Source: an uncultured Opitutales bacterium
GTDB taxonomy: Bacteria; Verrucomicrobiota; Verrucomicrobiia; Opitutales; Intestinicryptomonadaceae
Assembly (NCBI GenBank): GCA_934660865.1
Contig: CAKUIA010000010.1
Coordinates: 60,001-92,000, forward strand
Reading direction: 5' to 3'
Length of the DNA stretch: 32,000 nt
Position numbers and translations under genes: made by a program
Notes under the pieces: model-generated
Told to the model about the DNA's origin: nothing
The model's database searches: none
Seen by the model: the letters and a program-made list of their open reading frames with translations, nothing else
Part shown: in pieces, positions 26,415-32,000 of the stretch
Layout: the number at the start of each line of letters is the position of its first letter
Position numbering within the stretch: the stretch's first letter is position 1

Positions 26415-27182
26415 TTATAGTTTTTGAATGGTCATTCCGCCGTCAACCTTAAAAATCTGCCCCGTGCTGTAGTCGAAGTCGCCGCGGGCTACGGCGGCTG
26501 CAACCTTGCCTATGTCGTCGGGAAAGCCCCAGCGTTTTGTAACGCAAAGGCCTTCGGATATAAGGCGGTCGTACTTTTCGGTTACGCACTTTGTCATGTC
26601 GGTTTTAATTACGCCGGGGCGTATTTCGAACACTCCTATGCCGTATTGCCCAAGGCGCGAGGCGAAAAGCTGCACCGCCATGGAAAGCCCCGTTTTGGCT
26701 ATGCAATAGTCGGCGCGGTTTTCGGAAATTACCTGGGCTGAAACCGAGCTTACAATTATTATGTTCGCCTTAAAGTCGGGGTTCTTCTCCTTTTCGGCAA
26801 TCATTGCGTTTGCAAAGGCCTGCGTAAGGAAAAAGGTTCCCTTTAAGTTTGTGTTTAAAAGCCAGTCGAAATTTTCCTCGGTCATTTCCAGCATGTCGGC
26901 ACGAACTTTCGGGGCAACCCCCGCGTTGTTTACAAGCAAATTCGGCACGCCTACGGCCTTTATGGTTTTTTCGACAATGTCGGCGCGCGAGGCCTTGTCG
27001 GCAATGCTGCCTTGAATGTAGTGCGCCTTTTTGCCGCTGATTTTCGAAATTTCGTCTACGGCGTCTTGGCAAAGCGAAATATCCCTTGTGCCGTTTAACG
27101 CCATTTCAAAGCCGAGCTTTGCAACGTTTTTTGCAATGCCGAAGCCTATGCCCCTTGTAGAGCCCGTTATAAGTGCCTTCAT
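26415..27182 (-). CDS. Short-chain dehydrogenase/reductase (3-oxoacyl-ACP reductase-like)
   Basis: It has TGSTRGIGFGIA, NNAG and the catalytic S...YCIAK. I prefer the ATG at 27182 (MKALITG), which lies 1 nt after the stop of the upstream gene, over the ORF-track start at 27209. Confidence 0.85.
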   Translation of the reverse strand: MKALITGSTRGIGFGIAKNVAKLGFEMALNGTRDISLCQDAVDEISKISGKKAHYIQGSIADKASRADIVEKTIKAVGVPNLLVNNAGVAPKVRADMLEMTEENFDWLLNTNLKGTFFLTQAFANAMIAEKEKNPDFKANIIIVSSVSAQVISENRADYCIAKTGLSMAVQLFASRLGQYGIGVFEIRPGVIKTDMTKCVTEKYDRLISEGLCVTKRWGFPDDIGKVAAAVARGDFDYSTGQIFKVDGGMTIQKL

Positions 27183-27183
27183 T

Positions 27184-28536
27184 TTACGCCAATCCTTTCG
27201 ATTTTGCAAATTCCCTGCCTTGCCTGTATTCTGGCAGATAAACTTTCGAGTCGAACATAACGCAGCCCGAGCGCGATTTTAAATCTTTCATAATCTGCGA
27301 GCATTTCGAGCACGTTATGCAGCATTTTTTGCCGTCTATTTCGCCGAACTGTTTCAGGTCGTTGGGTATGTTCGGATACGCCAAAAGCCCGCGCCCGAAA
27401 CCCGCAAGCGTGCACATTTTGTTTTTCAGCATTTCGGCCGCCACATTAACGCAGCACTTGCCCAGCCACGAAGTTCCCGCCGAAACTACGACGGTGTCGG
27501 GGTTTGTTTTTTGGATTTTTTCGACTACGTCTATAAACCTTTTTACGCCCAAAATAGGGTGCTCGGGCGAGGCGGGGGCTCCCGCAACATTCATATTGTA
27601 GGGTCTGTTCCAGTGGGGGCTGGTTCTGGGGTAGCCTATCGAAACGCCGAGCAAATCTATGCCCATTGTCTTTAGCTCGGAAATTAGTTTTAAGGGCTCT
27701 GTCATATCGAACTGAATGGAGCCTTCCTCCTCTTTGACGCCCCAGCCGTAGGGGAAGGGCGATGGCTCGTAAACCGTAAGCCTTGTGCATACAAAGGTAT
27801 TTTTTGAAAGCGCCTGCTTTATGTATTTTACGCAGTCTTTGTAAAAGCGGGTTCTGTTCTCGTACGAGCCGCCGTATTTGCCGGGGCGCAGCCTTGCCTT
27901 GAAAAGCTCTGCAACCAAATAGGCGTGCACCGACTTCATATCCACGCCGTCAAAGCCCGCCTTTTCCGCCAAAACGGCGGCCTGCACAAACTTTTCAACC
28001 AAAGCGTCAAGCTCGTCGTCCGAGATTATTTTTGCGTTGTCGTCCAGCGGCTGTATTTTTTCCAAATCGGGTATTCTCTGCGCTATTACGGGGGCGTTTA
28101 CGCCGTAGGGGCGGCTGAACCTGCCCGAATGTGTAAGCTGCAAAATCATTGTGGGGGCTTTGCCGTTTTTTGCAAGTCCCGCCGCCTTGGTTTCGTCTAC
28201 AAGCTTTTTATACGAGTCTACATTGCCGCTTGAAATGTAGAACTGCTTCGGGTTCGACTTGCCCTCGGGCACAACGGCGCAGGCCTCCGCCCAAATAAGC
28301 CCCGAGCCGCCCTCTGCCAGGCGCCTGTACCTTCTTAGCGAAAAATCGGTTATTGCCCCGCTTTCGGGGTCGGCGTCTACGCCCTCCATTGGCATCGAAA
28401 CAATGCGGTTTGGCAAGTCCAGCGTTTTGCTTTTAAAAGGTTCAAGCAAAATGTCGGTGTTGTCGCTAAAGGGCAAGCTTACATTCTGTTCGGCCTGCAC
28501 CCTAAAAAGATCGTCTTTAGACAATATTCTATCCAT
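27184..28536 (-). CDS. Old Yellow Enzyme-family FMN oxidoreductase with a C-terminal Cys cluster (2,4-dienoyl-CoA/enoate reductase N-terminal module only)
   Basis: OYE TIM-barrel motifs are LPNRIVSMPME, AEGGSGLIWAEA, LQLTHSGR, AGFDGVDMKSVHAYL, GKYGGSYENRTRF and GFGRGLLAYPN. The protein then carries CITCSKCSQIM...SGC and ends about 25 aa later. Confidence 0.8.
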   Translation of the reverse strand: MDRILSKDDLFRVQAEQNVSLPFSDNTDILLEPFKSKTLDLPNRIVSMPMEGVDADPESGAITDFSLRRYRRLAEGGSGLIWAEACAVVPEGKSNPKQFYISSGNVDSYKKLVDETKAAGLAKNGKAPTMILQLTHSGRFSRPYGVNAPVIAQRIPDLEKIQPLDDNAKIISDDELDALVEKFVQAAVLAEKAGFDGVDMKSVHAYLVAELFKARLRPGKYGGSYENRTRFYKDCVKYIKQALSKNTFVCTRLTVYEPSPFPYGWGVKEEEGSIQFDMTEPLKLISELKTMGIDLLGVSIGYPRTSPHWNRPYNMNVAGAPASPEHPILGVKRFIDVVEKIQKTNPDTVVVSAGTSWLGKCCVNVAAEMLKNKMCTLAGFGRGLLAYPNIPNDLKQFGEIDGKKCCITCSKCSQIMKDLKSRSGCVMFDSKVYLPEYRQGREFAKSKGLA

Positions 28537-28554
28537 ATTAAAACAGCTTTTTAA

Positions 28555-29910
28555 TTATATGCAAAATTTGTAGTAGGGTTGTTTGTCGAGCTCTCTTTGA
28601 AGCAAAAGGGCAAGCTCTGCAAGGTGGTAGTCGCCCCACATGCTAGATTCGCCGTAGGGGGCGAGATTTTTGTCGGGCGCGTAGTCCCAGTTGTTGGGGC
28701 GGTGGTATATGGAGTGCAGCAAAAGCCCCTGGTGCCTTTTGTTTAGCGAAACATAGTCGTCGCTTAAAAGGCGCTTCGAAACAATTAGGGCATACCTTGT
28801 GTATTTTTCGTCTTTTAAGTATTTGCCGAGCCTGTATAGCCCCTGGGCCGCTATCGCGCTTGCCGACGAATCTACCGGTTCGTAGGGGTTTTTTATTTGG
28901 GCGGGTTTGTCCAGATAGTCGTCGCCCAATTTGTAGAGGTTTGGCGCGCCCGTGTCCCAATAGCAAATGCCGTCGCTTGGGGTATATTTAATGTAGAAAT
29001 CGCAAACGGCTTTTGCGGCTTTAAGCATTGTTTGCATTACGGTTTTTTTGGGGGCTTTTGGCGAAAATTCCCCTGCGTCTATTTCGCTTAGGGCTTCAAG
29101 CTCTTCGGCAAAGCCGAGCATTGCCCAGGCCAGGCCCCTTGTCCAGGTGGTAAACGCGCAATAGCCCTGCTGCGAGTTCGGGCACCTGTAGTTGCCGTCG
29201 TTTGTGTTGAAAACCGATTCGTGCGCAACCCTGCCTTTTATGTCGTAAAAGTCGCGGTTTGTGCCGTACCAAACATTGTATTTTGCCGTGGTTAAAATGT
29301 GTTGGCACGCCCTTTCCAAAAGGCTTATTTTTTTGTCGTTTTCGCCCATAAGCGAATGCCCAAGCTTGTGGGCAAGCACCAATGCCCTGCAGCTTCTTAT
29401 TGTGTCTATAAAAAGCGATTGGGGGCCGTTAAACGAGTATATGTATGGGTTTTGCGCGAAGTTGCTCCAGCGCGAAGCCTGTATGGCCCCGCTTGTTTTA
29501 AGCGCAAGCTCGCAAAAGTTTAAAAGCCATTCGTCGCGCTTTATCTTTTTTTCGACAATAAGCCTGCGCAGATTGCCGTAGGTTGAAACGTTGTTAAAGC
29601 CGTGGTCGTGAACGCCTATGTGCGAAACGTGCTGCGCCATATTTTTCAATATGCCGTCGCTTGCGTATTTAAGCGAAAATTTGTCCTTTGTAATTTCGTA
29701 GTGTATAAGGGGCATTCCGTACATGAAGCCCTGCGTCCATTCCGTCCAGCCGCGGGTTGTATATTTGCCCTTGACGGTAAATACCGGCGAGCCTTTTGCC
29801 GTGTCGTATTCGTTCGCCAAAAGTTTTATTTTTTCGCCCAATAAAGACCAAAGGCGTTTTAAGTCGCCCTTAAGGTCTTTTAGTTGAATAGACGGGTTGT
29901 CTTTTATCAT
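28555..29910 (-). CDS. Glycoside hydrolase family 88-type unsaturated glucuronyl hydrolase (cytoplasmic)
   Basis: GH88 blocks recognised are WTEWTQGFMYGM, VHDHGFN, QQGYCAFTTWTRGLAWAMLGF, CYWDTGAP, DSSASAIAAQGL and QGLLLHSIY....ESSMWGDYHLAELALLL. No signal peptide is present. Confidence 0.8.
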   Translation of the reverse strand: MIKDNPSIQLKDLKGDLKRLWSLLGEKIKLLANEYDTAKGSPVFTVKGKYTTRGWTEWTQGFMYGMPLIHYEITKDKFSLKYASDGILKNMAQHVSHIGVHDHGFNNVSTYGNLRRLIVEKKIKRDEWLLNFCELALKTSGAIQASRWSNFAQNPYIYSFNGPQSLFIDTIRSCRALVLAHKLGHSLMGENDKKISLLERACQHILTTAKYNVWYGTNRDFYDIKGRVAHESVFNTNDGNYRCPNSQQGYCAFTTWTRGLAWAMLGFAEELEALSEIDAGEFSPKAPKKTVMQTMLKAAKAVCDFYIKYTPSDGICYWDTGAPNLYKLGDDYLDKPAQIKNPYEPVDSSASAIAAQGLYRLGKYLKDEKYTRYALIVSKRLLSDDYVSLNKRHQGLLLHSIYHRPNNWDYAPDKNLAPYGESSMWGDYHLAELALLLQRELDKQPYYKFCI

Positions 29911-29912
29911 AA

Positions 29913-31712
29913 TTACAGATTCCTTTCCGACCAGGTGGGTTTAACGGTTCCCCTTATTTTCAAATCCTTCCACAAAACCGATATTGCATTGCCGTTTTCG
30001 TCTATTTCGGGCTCTTCGGCGCTGGTGTTTTTCGGGTTAAGCTCGAAGCCGAAAACAAAGCCTGCCTTGTCCATTTTTTGCAGGTTGAATTTGCGCGGGC
30101 TGCCCGAATATATAATGTAGTCTATATATGTTCCCTTTTTGTCGAATGAGGTTTCCCACTTGCCTTTGGGCAAGCCGTCGAATTCGGCATACATTAGCGC
30201 CGCCGAAAACAGCTGGTTGCCCGCCTTGAAAAACACGGGGCTGTTCCATTCTTTTGGTGCGTTCCACTCGGCCTTGTTGCAGTTTTCCAGCGCAAACCTA
30301 ATCCTTATGTCTTTGGCCTCGAATATGCCGTCTTTTAGGCAGCCAATCCACGGGTGTTTAACGCCGTAGTTCTTTATGAAATTTATGAAAGACAGGGTTT
30401 TTTCTCCGCGTCTTTCGGTGAACATTCTGCCGCACGAAAAGTCGTAGAAATCTACATACATTCTCACCGTCATGCAGGCGGCTTTGCCCTCGCTTAAAAA
30501 GTATACCGAAAAGGGCCTGCGCTGGTTCCACATAAGCGAGCGGTTTAGCGTGCCGAATGCGTAGTCGTTTGTAAGCGAGCATACGCCCGTCATTTGGGGC
30601 TCTTTTTTCACGAAAATATCCCTTTCAACGCGCGGATATTTCGGGTCTAAAAAGTAGCTGTGGAATTTTTCGGGCACTTTGCAGTTCGAAGAAAGGCTGT
30701 ATCCGTAGCGGCGCAGTCCCGTCTTTAGTTTGCCGTCCAGCGCCTTGTCGATGAAAGCGAGAACATAGTTGCCCGATATGCTGCTGTACGACCTGCTGTT
30801 TGGGCCTGCCCACTGCATTGTGGGTTTGTGCCAGTGGCGCGCAATCATGCTCCAGCCGTAGTCTACAAGCTCGTCCACCTTTTTCGAGTCTTCGGGGTCT
30901 GTAATTCTTTCCTTCAGGCGCGCAAGCTCCTCTAAAGCCACTATTGTGTAGGTTGGGCTGTTGAATTCCTCAAAGCCGTTGTTTTCGCGGGTGAAATTTA
31001 AAAATGCGTTTAGCTTTGCGTTTGAATATTCCTTTATGTCGGGCAAGTCGAAAAGGCGCGAAGCCGTATACGTCAAATATGTGCCCATAATTGCAATGTT
31101 TGTGTAGCTAACCGAAACATTGCGCTTTTTTACGGCTTGGCACGCCTTTATTATCGATTCTTTCATTACAGACTTTGTCTTGTCGCTTAGGCGGCCGTTA
31201 AAATCTATGTATATTTCAAGAAGCGATACCCCGCAAAAGTCGGCCCAGTTGTAGTCTATGGGAGATTTTTTTGTGGCCAGCGGCTCTTCCTTATAATACG
31301 GCCACACGCCGTAATAGGGTTTTGTTGCGTCTTTTTCCTGCAAGGCGCAGGCGTTTTGTATGCACTTTTCGGCCAGCGGCAAAACCGAGGGGTCGTTCGA
31401 GGCAAGAAGCACCCACGCATAGCTAAGCGAGTCTCTTACGGGGTGGTAGTTTGCCGCCTTTTGTGCGTCGGTATGGTAGTTCCAGCCGTTTATTTTCGAT
31501 ACAAGCATATTTTCGCTTGTGTCGAACTGGTGTATTGAGCGCTTAACCTGGTCTTTAAGGCTTGCAATGTCGTCGGCCGACAAAACCCTTTCGGCGCAGC
31601 GAATACCGTCTTTTTCGAAAAAGGCCCTGTTTTGGGCATTGCAACAAAACGAAAATACCGACGACAACAGCGCCGCCGATACCGCAAAGGTAGACATCAT
31701 ATATTTTAGCAT
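29913..31712 (-). CDS. Secreted 599-aa protein of unassigned family (helical N-terminal half, beta-rich C-terminal half); candidate glycan-active enzyme
   Basis: The signal peptide is MLKYMMSTFAVSAALLSSVFSFCCNAQ. The ORF is long and clean and sits 2 nt upstream of the GH88 gene. The segment GFEEFNSPTYTIVALEELARL is reminiscent of the toroid domains of heparinase II/III-like lyases, but I cannot assign a family. Confidence 0.6.
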   Translation of the reverse strand: MLKYMMSTFAVSAALLSSVFSFCCNAQNRAFFEKDGIRCAERVLSADDIASLKDQVKRSIHQFDTSENMLVSKINGWNYHTDAQKAANYHPVRDSLSYAWVLLASNDPSVLPLAEKCIQNACALQEKDATKPYYGVWPYYKEEPLATKKSPIDYNWADFCGVSLLEIYIDFNGRLSDKTKSVMKESIIKACQAVKKRNVSVSYTNIAIMGTYLTYTASRLFDLPDIKEYSNAKLNAFLNFTRENNGFEEFNSPTYTIVALEELARLKERITDPEDSKKVDELVDYGWSMIARHWHKPTMQWAGPNSRSYSSISGNYVLAFIDKALDGKLKTGLRRYGYSLSSNCKVPEKFHSYFLDPKYPRVERDIFVKKEPQMTGVCSLTNDYAFGTLNRSLMWNQRRPFSVYFLSEGKAACMTVRMYVDFYDFSCGRMFTERRGEKTLSFINFIKNYGVKHPWIGCLKDGIFEAKDIRIRFALENCNKAEWNAPKEWNSPVFFKAGNQLFSAALMYAEFDGLPKGKWETSFDKKGTYIDYIIYSGSPRKFNLQKMDKAGFVFGFELNPKNTSAEEPEIDENGNAISVLWKDLKIRGTVKPTWSERNL

Positions 31713-31721
31713 AATATGCAG

Positions 31722-31750
31722 ATACTAAGGAAAATCGCCTTTTGTGTAAA
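31722..31750 (-). promoter_or_regulatory. Sigma70-type promoter of the five-gene glycan operon, apparently leaderless
   Basis: On the minus strand this reads TTTACA (31750-31745), a 17-nt spacer, TAGTAT (31727-31722), then 9 nt (CTGCATATT) to the ATG at 31712. No SD is present. Confidence 0.45.
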
Positions 31751-31783
31751 GATTTTTTTGAAAGGGCTGTTTCCTTGAAACGC

Positions 31784-31808
31784 AAAAAAAACCGCACAAA
31801 TTGTGCGG
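31784..31808 (-). terminator. Rho-independent terminator of the upstream minus-strand gene
   Basis: The minus strand reads CCGCACAATTTGTGCGG (a 6-7 bp stem) followed directly by eight T. It lies 24 nt after the TAG stop at 31834-31832. Confidence 0.65.
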
Positions 31809-31831
31809 CGTTAAATCTTTTCGGGCAAAGG

Positions 31832-32000
31832 CTATTTGTATAGATAAAACTTTTTTGCCCACAGGGCGTATTCGGCGTTTTGGGCGTCCCACATTCTTAT
31901 GAATTTGCCCACATAGGCGTTTTTGCCCTTTGACGAAATTTCGTTCCACCAGGCCTGCGAGCCGGTGTGTTTGTTGAAAAGCAGTGCGTCGTTTGCCTTT
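31832..32000 (-). CDS. C-terminal fragment of an unidentified protein (the 5' end lies beyond the window)
   Basis: This is my own translation of the minus strand and is not in the ORF track. It gives 55 sense codons, KANDALLFNKHTGSQAWWNEISSKGKNAYVGKFIRMWDAQNAEYALWAKKFYLYK, then TAG. The sequence looks protein-like and a clean terminator follows. Confidence 0.6.
   Translation of the reverse strand, partial: KANDALLFNKHTGSQAWWNEISSKGKNAYVGKFIRMWDAQNAEYALWAKKFYLYK

Noticed and set aside
31727-31776. The inverted heptamers AAGGAAA and TTTCCTT flank the glycan-operon promoter and could be an operator.
   Set aside because: The arms are only 7 nt long and separated by 36 nt of AT-rich DNA, so they could easily arise by chance. 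No regulator gene is nearby to support the idea.
31725-31949. A 74-aa minus-strand ORF from the track (MERNFVKGQKRLCG...).
   Set aside because: It is in the wrong frame. The neighbouring frame gives a protein-like C-terminus that ends at a TAG followed by a clean terminator (31832..32000). This ORF also runs across that terminator hairpin.

Overview
This 32 kb window is a densely coding chromosomal stretch (about 97% coding) that appears to come from a diderm (Gram-negative type) bacterium. The diderm call rests on TolB-like, LolA-like, LpxL-type and Tat-exported proteins. I support 31 CDSs, two of them truncated by the window edges. I found no rRNA, tRNA, CRISPR array, transposase, integrase or long repeat by eye.

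Bases 1-24993 are mostly housekeeping genes packed into long, functionally mixed operons:
- Plus strand: yicC, tolB-like, thrH, purM, ychF, then a system II cytochrome c biogenesis pair.
- Minus strand: thiD-radC-tsaD.
- Plus strand: rarA, a PF04020-like membrane protein and a secreted unknown.
- Plus strand: hpnH-like radical SAM, dinG and a dimeric-dUTPase-like gene.
- Minus strand, seven genes: secG, lolA-like, M29 aminopeptidase, rluD, metY, ribE and an EEP phosphoesterase.

Many junctions are ATGA or TAATG overlaps, and Shine-Dalgarno motifs are mostly absent.

The most interesting region is 25031-31808. It is a five-gene minus-strand operon bracketed by terminators and carrying its own near-consensus promoter. 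It encodes a secreted 599-aa protein I cannot place in a family, a cytoplasmic GH88-type unsaturated glucuronyl hydrolase, an OYE-type flavoenzyme with an Fe-S motif but no reductase domain, an SDR, and a Tat-exported Gfo/Idh/MocA enzyme. I read it as a candidate glycan-processing pathway that has not been described.

Other oddities are an LpxL fused to half of a GT9 glycosyltransferase, a YyaL-like protein lacking its redox cysteines, an orphan hpnH linked to dinG, and apparent leaderless promoters.

All family calls come from motif recognition by eye. No database search was run.
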